Below, one piece after another: positions 27,304 through 35,915 of a DNA stretch of 64,000 bases. Position 1 is the first letter of the stretch, and every line of letters starts with the position of its first letter. Source of the stretch: Gemmatimonadales bacterium (GTDB taxonomy: Bacteria; Gemmatimonadota; Gemmatimonadetes; Gemmatimonadales; GWC2-71-9); the NCBI GenBank assembly GCA_036558125.1, contig DATBGE010000082.1, positions 5,781 through 69,780 of the forward strand, in the 5' to 3' direction. The notes beneath the pieces are model-generated. The model was not told the DNA's origin. It saw nothing but the letters and a program-made list of their open reading frames with translations, and did no database searches. The position numbers and the translations under genes are program-made.

Positions 27304-28370
27304 GAACGGCGGTCAAGACGGTCAGGGCGGACAGGGCGGACAACAAGGGAACGAAGGGGAAGCAGTGGTCCGCTTCGACCGCCTCGATCGCCCTGACCGC
27401 CTTCTCCGCCCTGTTCGTCCCGCCGGCCATGGCGCAAATCACTCCGCGGCCTACCGCATTTTCCCCCACTACCGAATCGACACTCTATCCGCTCCGCAAG
27501 CTGGGCGACGGCGTCTATGCCGTGCTGGGAGACACCGGCAAGGGTGCCGAGGGACGGCCGAACGCCGGATTCGTGGTGACGAAGGAAGGGGTGATGGCGG
27601 TAGGGGGATTGGCCAGTCCGGCGCAGGCACGTGCCGTGATCCGCACTATTCGGACGGTAAGCACGAAGCCGGTCCGTTACCTGGTCCTCTATGCTCACCA
27701 TCCTGACATGATGTTCGGGGCGATCGAGTTCAAGAGGATCGGTGCCAGGATCATTGCGCACCCGGACACGAGAGTCTTGGCCGGGGAGGGAGGACCGGAC
27801 GCGATGGTGGCGGCGTGGGATGGCGTGGTCGGACTCCAGGAGCTGCTGGGCTTCGAGTACGCCAACACTCCTGATCAGCCGGTGACCGGGACCGATACCC
27901 TGAACCTGGGCGGCAAGGCTATCGTCGCGATTCATCCGGGTGCGGCGCACTCAGCGGGGGATCTCATGGTCTGGCTCCCTCGGGAGCGGGTGCTCTTCGC
28001 CGGAGACATCCTGCTCCCCGACGGCGTCACTATGGTGGTAGACGGAAACTCATCGGTGCTGCTCAAGACGCTGGACCAGATCGACTCCCTGCGTCCCAGG
28101 GTCATTGTCCCGGGCCACGACGCGATTCCCGACGATCCCTCCGCGATGGTTCAGCGGACCCGGGACTATTTCGCTCAGCTTCGCGAAGCGATGGGAATCG
28201 CAGTAGAGCAGGGAACTTCGATGAGACAGGCGCTCGGCTCGTTGCCTCCGCCGGACGATGGGCGGCCGGTGTCGCTTCATTCCCGGGAGCGGCGGAATGC
28301 GGTGAGAGTCTACCTCGAGATGGAACGAGCGAAGATGGGCCTTGAAGAAACTCAGGAGGGAAGTCAGTGA
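27300..28370 (+). CDS. Secreted MBL-fold metallo-hydrolase (SoxH-like)
   Basis: GTGA overlap with soxZ, a signal peptide (ALTAFSALFVPPAMAQ), and the MBL motifs YAHHPD and HSAGD. The exact start is uncertain. Confidence 0.7.
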   Translation: MRTAVKTVRADRADNKGTKGKQWSASTASIALTAFSALFVPPAMAQITPRPTAFSPTTESTLYPLRKLGDGVYAVLGDTGKGAEGRPNAGFVVTKEGVMAVGGLASPAQARAVIRTIRTVSTKPVRYLVLYAHHPDMMFGAIEFKRIGARIIAHPDTRVLAGEGGPDAMVAAWDGVVGLQELLGFEYANTPDQPVTGTDTLNLGGKAIVAIHPGAAHSAGDLMVWLPRERVLFAGDILLPDGVTMVVDGNSSVLLKTLDQIDSLRPRVIVPGHDAIPDDPSAMVQRTRDYFAQLREAMGIAVEQGTSMRQALGSLPPPDDGRPVSLHSRERRNAVRVYLEMERAKMGLEETQEGSQ

Positions 28371-29236
28371 ACCTGTTGTCGATTGTCGCCTGGGCCGCCC
28401 TGACGGCGGCACCGCAGCCCGCGCTCATCAGCACCGACTCTCTGGCGCGGATGTTGGAGAGCGAACAGGTAACCGTGCTCGACGTCCGCCAGCCGTGGAC
28501 GGCTTACCTCCAGAACCACCTGCCGGGAGCGGTGTGGCTCAACGTCGAGACGCTGAGGTCCACCAACGGAGGACTGCCTTTCCAACTCCTGCCCGCCGAG
28601 ATGTACGCCGCGCTGTTCACCCGCGCGGGCGTGCGGGCCGATCGTCCGGTCGTGGTATACAGTGCCGGTGACCAGTTCGACATCGATGCGACCTTCGCGG
28701 TATGGATCCTCGCCGGCTTCCAGCAGCCGCGGATTTACCTCCTCGACGGCGGCTACGCCAAATGGCAGCTCGAAAACAAGAAACTCACCCAGGAGTACCC
28801 TCACGGCGAGGTCTCCGGCAAGGCCCTCGACGGCCATCACTTCAAATTGCCAACGGCGGTATTGAGCGACGTGCAGCAAGCGTCAGGGAAGAGCGGGGTT
28901 CGCCTGGTGGATGCCCGCCCCGGTGACCAGTACGCTGGCAGCGCGGGTGCGCAGCGGCGTCGAGGTCACATTCCAGGCGCGATCAATCGCCCGTGGAAAG
29001 AGGACCTTGAGCAGCGCGACCTGTCGCTGGTCTGGAAATCGGTGGACTCGTTGCGGGCGGAGTATGCAGCCCGGGGCCTCACCCCCGATCAGGACCTCAT
29101 CCTCTATTGCAATTCGAGCACGGAAGCCAGCCACGTCTTTTTCACCCTCAAGTACCTGCTGGGGTATCCGAAAGTGCGGATCTACACCGGCGCCTGGTCG
29201 GAATGGGCGGAGCGGATGGAACTTCCGATCGAATGA
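28367..29236 (+). CDS. Secreted two-domain rhodanese (thiosulfate/3-mercaptopyruvate sulfurtransferase type)
   Basis: GTGA overlap with the upstream gene, two rhodanese domains, and the active-site loop YCNSSTEAS. Confidence 0.85.
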   Translation: MNLLSIVAWAALTAAPQPALISTDSLARMLESEQVTVLDVRQPWTAYLQNHLPGAVWLNVETLRSTNGGLPFQLLPAEMYAALFTRAGVRADRPVVVYSAGDQFDIDATFAVWILAGFQQPRIYLLDGGYAKWQLENKKLTQEYPHGEVSGKALDGHHFKLPTAVLSDVQQASGKSGVRLVDARPGDQYAGSAGAQRRRGHIPGAINRPWKEDLEQRDLSLVWKSVDSLRAEYAARGLTPDQDLILYCNSSTEASHVFFTLKYLLGYPKVRIYTGAWSEWAERMELPIE

Positions 29237-29294
29237 GCGGCGGCTCTCCGAGATCCGGGCAAACCGGAGCCTGCCCGGACTCGGAAGGCGACGG

Positions 29295-29444
29295 CTACAC
29301 GGCGCGACGCCCTTGGACGATGCGAATCAGGAAGATGATAATCGCGGCGACGAGCAGGATGTGGATGAAGCCGCCCACGGTGTAGCTGCTCACCAGCCCG
29401 AGTACCCACAAGACAAGTAAGATGATGGCGATGGTCTCCAGCAT
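29295..29444 (-). CDS. 49-aa two-TM membrane protein (lmo0937-like family)
   Basis: Hand-translated as MLETIAIILLVLWVLGLVSSYTVGGFIHILLVAAIIIFLIRIVQGRRAV. Below the ORF-track cutoff. Confidence 0.55.
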   Translation of the reverse strand: MLETIAIILLVLWVLGLVSSYTVGGFIHILLVAAIIIFLIRIVQGRRAV

Positions 29445-29481
29445 TGCCTTCTCCTTTCAGGTTGGTTCCACTCCTATAACT

Positions 29482-29706
29482 TCAGCCCCCGGCCTTTCGA
29501 CCCGCCAGCCCGGCGCCCACAAGGGCGACACCTCCAACCAGGGCCACGATACCGACCCACTTGGGAACCGGGCGGTGGTCGGTGGCTTTCACTTCGACAT
29601 CTCCGACGTCCACGATCTTCTTCGTATCCTTGTACTGCATTCCTGTCACCAGCACGAAGGCACCGAAGACGAGTAACAGCACGCCGATTACCGCAGAAAT
29701 ACGCAT
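29482..29706 (-). CDS. 74-aa two-TM membrane protein
   Basis: MRISAVIGVLLLVFGAFVLV...IVALVGGVALVGAGLAG. ATG at 29706 is preceded by GGGAGGGG. The longer ORF start at 29808 would read through a terminator hairpin. Confidence 0.6.
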   Translation of the reverse strand: MRISAVIGVLLLVFGAFVLVTGMQYKDTKKIVDVGDVEVKATDHRPVPKWVGIVALVGGVALVGAGLAGRKAGG

Positions 29707-29739
29707 GAACCCCTCCCTGGGTGTTCTCGCTCGAAAAAA

Positions 29740-29791
29740 AAGCAGACGGCGCTTTGGAGACCTATGCAGTCTGCCAATGCGCCGTCTGCTT
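29740..29791 (-). terminator. Intrinsic terminator/attenuator in the leader of the small membrane-protein genes
   Basis: On the minus strand, AAGCAGACGGCGC-N26-GCGCCGTCTGCTT forms a 13-bp perfect stem followed by T8. It lies about 30 nt upstream of the ATG at 29706, and no gene lies upstream of it on that strand. Confidence 0.6.
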
Positions 29792-29870
29792 GTGAGGCCG
29801 TCCCTCACCCGCCGCGGCGGCTCCCGGAGGAGCCTATGTAAGGCGGGGCCGCGTTTGCCCCGTGCCTCGG

Positions 29871-29899
29871 ACAGTACCTTGGGCGACGGGGGCCGTCAA
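29871..29899 (-). promoter_or_regulatory. Candidate promoter for the terminator-containing leader
   Basis: On the minus strand: TTGACG (29899-29894), 17-nt spacer, TACTGT (29876-29871). Confidence 0.35.
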
Positions 29900-30025
29900 G
29901 AGCCCGAAGTTCCTCAGGTTGCGTAACCTGGATCACCTCGTCGGATGCGGTTGCCAATTCCGGGCGGCGACGTAGAGTAAGGACAGGCTGTGCCGCCCGC
30001 CTTCGGCTCCAGCAGGAGGCTGCCG

Positions 30026-30907
30026 ATGACTACCATCCACAATTCTCCGGTTCGCCGGTCACGGCCGATGGCGTCGGACATCGACGTGTTCGGCCTTACT
30101 CATCAGGGGAAGGTCCGCAAGGAAAACCAGGACCAGTTCCTCATCGCCAGCCTTCACAAGACCATGCAGATCCAGTCAACCAGTCTCCCACCGGAGCGGT
30201 TGCCTGAGTTGATGAGCGAGTCGCGCGGCTTCGTGTTCCTGGTGGCCGATGGGGTTGGCGGCATGCCGGGAGGCCAGCAGGCGAGCGGTACCGCCCTCTC
30301 CGCCATCGCGCATTACGTCACTCACACCATGCGGCTCTACTACCATCACGATCCGGATGAAGAGTCGAAGTTCCTGGCGGACCTCCAGGAGTCGGTGCTG
30401 CACAGCCACTCGCTGGTTCGCGCGGAAGGAGAGGCGGACCCGTTGCGGGAGGGGATGGCGACCACACTCACCCTGGTGGCGGTGCTCTGGCCCCGCGCGT
30501 ATGTAGTCCACGTCGGAGACAGCCGGCTGTACATCCTGCGGCAGGGACGGCTCGATCAGATCACCAAAGACCAGACGATGGCGCAGGCGCTGGTGGATGC
30601 GGGGGTGCTTGATTCCGCGAATCTCGACCGCTCTCCCTTCAAGAGCATCCTGTCGAGCGCGGTGGGTGGAAGTCAGGCCACACCGATGACCATGGTCACC
30701 GATGTGCGGTGGGACGACGTCATGCTGCTTTGCACCGACGGACTGACCAAGCACGTGACGGAAGCGGAAATCCAGCAGTACCTGGCGGAAGTCCACTCGG
30801 CGGAGCTGATCTGCCGCAAGCTGGTGGACCTGGCGCTGGAACGCGGCGGGACCGACAACGTGACCGTCGTGGCGGGCCGGCTCAAACGAAACGCGGGCCT
30901 CGAATAG
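30026..30907 (+). CDS. PP2C-family Ser/Thr protein phosphatase
   Basis: Motifs GLTHQGKVRKENQD, LVADGVGG and TDGLT, plus a GGTDNVTVV end. ATG at 30026 has AGGAGG 6 nt upstream. Confidence 0.85.
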   Translation: MTTIHNSPVRRSRPMASDIDVFGLTHQGKVRKENQDQFLIASLHKTMQIQSTSLPPERLPELMSESRGFVFLVADGVGGMPGGQQASGTALSAIAHYVTHTMRLYYHHDPDEESKFLADLQESVLHSHSLVRAEGEADPLREGMATTLTLVAVLWPRAYVVHVGDSRLYILRQGRLDQITKDQTMAQALVDAGVLDSANLDRSPFKSILSSAVGGSQATPMTMVTDVRWDDVMLLCTDGLTKHVTEAEIQQYLAEVHSAELICRKLVDLALERGGTDNVTVVAGRLKRNAGLE

Positions 30908-30911
30908 AAAA

Positions 30912-30941
30912 CGGCGGGCCCGCCCGCAGGCCGGCCCGCCG
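30912..30941. terminator. Hairpin between convergent PP2C and DUF4136 genes
   Basis: CGGCGGGCC-N12-GGCCCGCCG. On the minus strand it is followed by TTTTCT. Confidence 0.5.
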
Positions 30942-30966
30942 CTTCAAGCAGTTGTTCCTTCCCGAT

Positions 30967-31551
30967 CTACTCGCCCGGCTTCAGCGATGCCATGGTGCGG
31001 CCCACCCCGCCATCCACTTCATCCTGAGTGGGGGGATGATCCGGCGCCTCACCCGACAGCTCGCCACGCCAGGCGAGCTTTTCGTCCTTTGCGGTTACCA
31101 GGTCAACCACGAACTTGGCGTCCCGGACCGTCACCGGCGTCGTGGTGGTCGTGGCCATTCCCACTCCTCCGCCCCAACCCCACCCGTAACCGTAACCCCA
31201 GCCTCCGGTGTAGCCGGTCGTGGTGCTGACGTATTCGGTAGACTGTTTCATGCCGACGAAATACCGGACCAGGAAGTCGGCCTGGGCCGGGTCATCCACC
31301 AGCTGAAATCCCTTGGTCGTGAGCTCGTTCTTGATCGCGGTCTGGATCCGACGATGGACGATGTCGTTCCGGACGGCGGGATCGATGCCGGTCGCATCGG
31401 TGCCGCCTACGAAGGCCACCTTCGCGGCCTTGGGAATGGGTATGGTCGAGTCCCGGTCCGAAGTAACGGACGTACTGGCGCAAGCAGCGTAGGCGAGCAC
31501 TCCGCCGGTAAGTATGAACCTGGGCAGCAGGCGCGCACGGACGTTTGGCAT
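30967..31551 (-). CDS. DUF4136-like lipoprotein with GW-rich insert
   Basis: Lipobox VLAYAAC, and the blocks ADFLVRYFVG and VVDLV...LAWRG typical of DUF4136. The start is taken at MPNVRARL (31551). Confidence 0.7.
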   Translation of the reverse strand: MPNVRARLLPRFILTGGVLAYAACASTSVTSDRDSTIPIPKAAKVAFVGGTDATGIDPAVRNDIVHRRIQTAIKNELTTKGFQLVDDPAQADFLVRYFVGMKQSTEYVSTTTGYTGGWGYGYGWGWGGGVGMATTTTTPVTVRDAKFVVDLVTAKDEKLAWRGELSGEAPDHPPTQDEVDGGVGRTMASLKPGE

Positions 31552-31908
31552 CTGGACCTCGTGGTTTGGTGACTTGCCGGGGGTGGCGTCTTCCACAATC
31601 TATATGACTTCGCCACTGGTGCATTGGCCCAAAGGGCAGGCCCCGGGTGTGTCGCCGCCCGAAACACCTGTGGCGGATCTTAAGCACTAGATCCCTGGCG
31701 AAACGTGTCGCGAAGCCAGTCTCTCGGTACCCGCCTGCTACATCTCGAAAGTGCTCTATAAAATACGCCCGCCGGAGTCATCCGGAATAGCGACCGTATC
31801 GTACATGATCCCACCGAGGCGCCAGCGCGATGCCATGGGTGCGCGGCGTGTCCGGGATATCACCGAGCACCACTGGCTTGAGTCTTGGGAGAGAAATCTA
31901 CCTCCTCC

Positions 31909-33483
31909 CTATGCGTGCGTTGGCTTGTGCAGGGTCCACCACTCCCGCGCCTGTTCCTGGCTCCAGGGGTGCCGAACCTCCAACTCCCCCAACCGAAGAG
32001 ACAACTCTCGTGCGGATTGGGGACGCTGCGCCGGGTCCTTGGCGAGACAAGCCAGCACGAGGTCATCGAGTGCGGATGGAATAGGGAGCTCGGTCCGGGC
32101 GGACGGGGGCACCGGCGGCGTTTGCGCGTGCTGCAGCAGAAGTCCCATCGCATTGTCGGCCGTGAAAACGTACTGCCCCGTCAACAGCCAGTAGGCGACA
32201 CAGCCGGTGGCATAGATGTCGGCGCGCCCGTCCAGCGGTTGTCCCATTGCCTGTTCGGGGGCCATGAAGGCGGGAGTGCCCTTGATGCCATTCTCCCGGG
32301 TGTGCATGGCGCTCGAGTCATCCGGGGTGTGAACCGCTCCCACAATTCCAAAGTCGAGGACCTTCACGAAGTCGTATTCCTCGCCATACTGGCAGACGAA
32401 GATGTTCGCCGGTTTGACGTCTCGATGTACCAGCCCGCTCGAGTGGGCTTCGGAAAGGGAGTGACAGACCTGGCGCAACAAAGGAATAGCCCGCTCGGGC
32501 GGGGTTGGCCCGAATCGTCGGAGCAAGGAGTCCGCGTCGAGCCCGTCGAGCAGTTCCATGACATAGTAGAAGGCGCCATCCGCGGCAATCCCGAAATCGA
32601 ACAGTTCGACGGTATGGGGAGAGCGGAGACTCGCGATGACCTGGGCTTCGCGTTCGAATCTCCGGACCGCCTCCTGCGATAACCCATTCCCGGATTTTCC
32701 CGCGACGGCGGGACGGATCAGCTTGATCGCAGCGGGACGGGCCAGCATGCGATGGCGGGCTCGCCAGACCTCGCCCATTCCTCCCTCGCCCAGCTTCTGC
32801 TCGAGGCGGTAACTCCCCAGCTCTCTGGCCTTCCGGACTTCAGTGCTGAGCTGGTAGACCACGCGGGCCCCGACATAGGCCATGGCCACGACGAGGATGT
32901 AGGGGAACACGAGCCCGAAGAAGAACTGGAGCGGGTTGATTCCGTATAGGGCACCGGACCCAATCACGATCGCAACGACGACCGGCACGGCACTGACCGA
33001 TGCAAGCGCCGTCAGCAAGGCGCGGCGGGGAGAGGTCGGCACGACAATGGTGAACAACACGACCCACACCGCGACCCACGAGAGTCCCAGGAAACCCTTG
33101 TGGGTGATGAGCCCTTCGGGGTCGCCGAACTCGGCTGCGGCGATGGCGTAGCTGCTGACGATCTCGAACACCAGTCCGAGGTTCATCGCGGTGCGAAGGG
33201 AGGTCCGCGAGTTCCCAATCACGACCGCGACCACGAGGGCCACTACGATCCCGATTACACTGGGCCCCCACTGGATGAAGGTGCTGAGGAAACGGGCTCG
33301 CTCGCTGGGAAGGAGGAGGGCGGGGAAAACACCGGCCAAGAAGAAGATGAACGCGTAGAGTAGCGCGAGCACCCGAAGACGGCCGGCAGACTGGAGGAGC
33401 AGGTCGACCGGAAGACCCGCGGTGGTTCCCGGAGCGGTCCGGTCATCCGGCTCGGGTCGGATGAGTGTGACATCCTCCTGCAT
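31909..33483 (-). CDS. Ser/Thr protein kinase with N-terminal multi-TM domain
   Basis: Hanks motifs GEGGMGEVW, AIK, HRDVKPANI, DFG and GTPAFMAPE lie in the C-terminal half. About six hydrophobic helices fill the first ~220 aa. Confidence 0.9.
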   Translation of the reverse strand: MQEDVTLIRPEPDDRTAPGTTAGLPVDLLLQSAGRLRVLALLYAFIFFLAGVFPALLLPSERARFLSTFIQWGPSVIGIVVALVVAVVIGNSRTSLRTAMNLGLVFEIVSSYAIAAAEFGDPEGLITHKGFLGLSWVAVWVVLFTIVVPTSPRRALLTALASVSAVPVVVAIVIGSGALYGINPLQFFFGLVFPYILVVAMAYVGARVVYQLSTEVRKARELGSYRLEQKLGEGGMGEVWRARHRMLARPAAIKLIRPAVAGKSGNGLSQEAVRRFEREAQVIASLRSPHTVELFDFGIAADGAFYYVMELLDGLDADSLLRRFGPTPPERAIPLLRQVCHSLSEAHSSGLVHRDVKPANIFVCQYGEEYDFVKVLDFGIVGAVHTPDDSSAMHTRENGIKGTPAFMAPEQAMGQPLDGRADIYATGCVAYWLLTGQYVFTADNAMGLLLQHAQTPPVPPSARTELPIPSALDDLVLACLAKDPAQRPQSARELSLRLGELEVRHPWSQEQAREWWTLHKPTHA

Positions 33484-33568
33484 GCCGATGCTCCAACGGA
33501 AAAAGGCAATGTCTTGCGGCTACTGCTTGGACTCGCGGTTGGCTCTTGAATTCAAAGAGAGCCCCGAA

Positions 33569-34171
33569 CTAGGTGTCCGAAGAGTCCGGACCTCCAGCTA
33601 GTGGTGGAGGCATCTGCGATCCACTGTGCCGGATGACTCGACGAGCAGGCGCCAGACGCGAATAGAACCCTCGGAAGCTGGTGTAGGACCGCTTGGTCAC
33701 CGCATCCAACGCGCAAAGCACGAACACCTGATCCGGAAGCTCGGGCAGAGCGGCCCGAAGCGTGAAGATAGTACGCTCGCCTGACTCGATCTGCAGGTTC
33801 CCCTTCATCCCCGGGTCAGACGGGCGAATCACCCGTTCGGCGATCGGCGCCGTCTCGTCGGGAAGAAGGATGTGTCCCTCGCGGCGGCACTGAACCAGCC
33901 GGAGGGAAACTGCCCGTAGACGAAGCGGGCGCTGGCCCCGATTGGTGACGGTGTAGTCCGCGGTAAACACGACCGATCCGTCCGGCAGCTCGTAGTGGGC
34001 GCAATCCAGCGTCGAGTGCCAGCGGTGCCCGAAAATATTGAAGAGCTGGAACTTGACGATCGCGCCGACGGCGCCGAGCAGCAGCGTGACATCGACGAGG
34101 ACTCCGGTAACGTGTTGAGCAGATTCCCAGGAGGCGAGCATAGGGTACCGAACCTCGGCGGGTTGCGCCAC
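33569..34171 (-). CDS. Hypothetical single-TM protein with beta-rich domain
   Basis: 200-aa ORF on the same strand as, and 85 nt upstream of, the kinase gene. One TM helix (VTLLLGAVGAIV). No recognisable catalytic motif. Confidence 0.5.
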   Translation of the reverse strand: MAQPAEVRYPMLASWESAQHVTGVLVDVTLLLGAVGAIVKFQLFNIFGHRWHSTLDCAHYELPDGSVVFTADYTVTNRGQRPLRLRAVSLRLVQCRREGHILLPDETAPIAERVIRPSDPGMKGNLQIESGERTIFTLRAALPELPDQVFVLCALDAVTKRSYTSFRGFYSRLAPARRVIRHSGSQMPPPLAGGPDSSDT

Positions 34172-34320
34172 CGGCCGATTCTATCCTGCAGCGAAGGCCG
34201 GAGTTCGGCCACCCCAGTCGGCCGTTCTACGCCCAGCCTCAGGTGCAAGTCAGGACGCGCGCGGCTTTCCGCGCGCGGTAGGATGCGACTCAGATTGTCC
34301 GGAGGCTGGACCGCTTCGCG

Positions 34321-34767
34321 CTAGTGCGTAACTGTCTGATAGAGCCATTGCTCCGCCGGCGTCCGCACCCGCAGCACGGCCTCCTGTTGAAACCGCCGAC
34401 AGTACTCCGCGGCGATGTTCGCAAACGTGCTGTCCGCGGGCTGCCCGGCCGGATGTTCGACCTCGAAGACAAAGCCCGCCTCGTGCACGATCATCCCATC
34501 GGCACTCCGCCACTGCCCCTCCGTACGCCAGACGGTGAAGCCGTCCGGGAAGCGCGGCGTTACCACTTCGCTCAGGAAGTCAGCCCAGGCGGAATCGGTG
34601 ACCGTCCCGCCGGTTGGGATACTCCGTCCGAAGAACAAGCGATCGGACACAACGACGGCTGAGGCGGCCGGGGATGGCTGCGCCGGCGCCGGTGCTCGAC
34701 TGCACCCCGCGGCCGCGGAGATGGTGGCCGCGGAGAGCGCGACCCACAGAGTGCGGCTAACGGGCAT
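34321..34767 (-). CDS. DUF3574-like lipoprotein
   Basis: Lipobox SAAAGC, and the blocks RLFFGRSIP.GG.V....W..F and TVW...GQW typical of DUF3574. Confidence 0.65.
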   Translation of the reverse strand: MPVSRTLWVALSAATISAAAGCSRAPAPAQPSPAASAVVVSDRLFFGRSIPTGGTVTDSAWADFLSEVVTPRFPDGFTVWRTEGQWRSADGMIVHEAGFVFEVEHPAGQPADSTFANIAAEYCRRFQQEAVLRVRTPAEQWLYQTVTH

Positions 34768-34872
34768 CAGATTCTCCGGGTGACGCTTGACGGTGCTACC
34801 GACCGCTTAGGCCGGCAGGTTCATGGGGTAGTCAGACCGAAAGCTGACAGAGGTTTGATCGCTGACAGGCCC

Positions 34873-35160
34873 TCACTGGGGCGTCCGGGGCAGCGGTATC
34901 GAGGCCCGCTCGTTCCGCTGCGCCAGGAGGCGTTCGGCGAAATCGAGGCGCTCCTCGAGTTCGAGCAGTCGAGTGTTCGGCTTTTCCAGCTCAGCCAGCC
35001 GCTCACGGATCTCGGCAATTTCGGCCGCGAGGTCCGGATTGGCAGCCTCACCAGCGATCCGCCGGGCCCAGGCGTTTATTGCGGGCCGAAGCAGCATCAC
35101 GACCGCAAGGAGCGAGGCGATGCCAAAAATGGAGACGATGGCGATGTTGTCGGAACTCAT
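34873..35160 (-). CDS. Small membrane-anchored coiled-coil protein (PspB-like architecture)
   Basis: N-terminal TM helix followed by EIRERLAELE...LELEERLDFAERLLA. Confidence 0.55.
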   Translation of the reverse strand: MSSDNIAIVSIFGIASLLAVVMLLRPAINAWARRIAGEAANPDLAAEIAEIRERLAELEKPNTRLLELEERLDFAERLLAQRNERASIPLPRTPQ

Positions 35161-35360
35161 TGTGCCAGCCTTTCTTGCACCGGGGACGCCCGCGCGTCCC
35201 CGCGTCTTTCGCTACTTGAAGCGCTGACGCCGGACTGCAGCTTAACGATCCGCTGGCCGGGATTTCTGGAGGGACTGGTGGAGTCTCCCGTACAGCTGGC
35301 CAGGAGCAAACTGGAGACGAGGAGGAGACGACAAAGGGCACCTGCGGATCGTATCGACAC
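35157..35360 (-). CDS. Possible 67-aa lipoprotein
   Basis: GTG at 35360 has GAGGA upstream. Signal and lipobox LLLVSSLLLASC. The stop overlaps the next gene's start (ATGA). Weak call with no homology support. Confidence 0.3.
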   Translation of the reverse strand: MSIRSAGALCRLLLVSSLLLASCTGDSTSPSRNPGQRIVKLQSGVSASSSERRGDARASPVQERLAQ

Positions 35361-35489
35361 CGGGTCCTCGTCCACGCTGGCAACTGTGTTGGGACGAGAG
35401 AAAAAGGTACTCCACCCTGATTCTGCGGGACAGGGTGAGCACGGGTTCGCGGGGGAATCTGCTGCGGTCAAACAGCGCAGCAATGCCCG

Positions 35490-35915
35490 TTAGCGTTGTC
35501 TCAGCGCTGCGCGTGCTCCAAGCAAGGTGAGCAGGGCCGCAAGCAAGCCGGTAAAAACCGTGGCAAGATTGGCGAGGTAGGCTATCCAACTCGACAGCGT
35601 CTCATGCGGTGAGAGGGCTCGCACGCCTGTAATGGCCTGGATCAACACCGCTGCGGCAAAGGCGTATCCGGCCCCGACGAGTGACCAGCAGAGCGCCCGT
35701 TTCCGTGCGGGAGGCAGGACGAGAAGCGGCAGCGCGGGCCCGCTGGCCAAGAGCCAGACGCCGGCGAGTAGGAGAGCTCCGTGGGCGGCACGCCAAGTCG
35801 GTGGCTGTACCCCAGCGAGCTCTTCCGCCACCGCTGGCAGCCCGCAGAGAAGTCCGAGAAGGAGCAACACGGCACCGTTAAGAACTAGAAGGCTGGCCTG
35901 TTTGTCGGAGCTCAA
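35490..35915 (-). CDS. Hypothetical 4-TM membrane protein
   Basis: 141-aa hydrophobic ORF with coding-like composition. Confidence 0.5.
   Translation of the reverse strand: MSSDKQASLLVLNGAVLLLLGLLCGLPAVAEELAGVQPPTWRAAHGALLLAGVWLLASGPALPLLVLPPARKRALCWSLVGAGYAFAAAVLIQAITGVRALSPHETLSSWIAYLANLATVFTGLLAALLTLLGARAALRQR

Noticed and set aside
27300-27360. Repetitive stretch GGTCAAGAC GGTCAGGGC GGACAGGGC GGACAACAA after soxZ, first taken for another heptamer array.
   Set aside because: The period is 9, not 7, so it is in frame. It lies inside the probable N-terminus of the MBL-fold ORF. It may simply encode a repetitive pre-signal segment, or the true start may be downstream. It does not belong to the period-7 class.
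29792-29870. Resemblance of the leader segment CACGGGGCAAAC...GGCUCCUCCGG to the c-di-GMP-I (GEMM-I) riboswitch core (CACAGGGCAAAC...GCCUCCGG).
   Set aside because: The two-hairpin architecture with a GNRA tetraloop and receptor, and the ACGCAAAGCC segment, are missing. The similarity is limited to short GC-rich strings. A covariance-model scan is needed before any class is named.
31640-31690. Sequence GTCGCCGCCCGAAACACCTGTGG, loosely similar to the reverse complement of the island repeat core.
   Set aside because: Only short GC-rich words (GTCGCC, CACCTG) are shared, and in a different order. This is likely chance in high-GC DNA.
30026-33483. PP2C plus Ser/Thr kinase as a TerY-P-type defence triad.
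   Set aside because: No TerY/vWA gene is present. The two genes are on opposite strands, separated by an unrelated lipoprotein gene.
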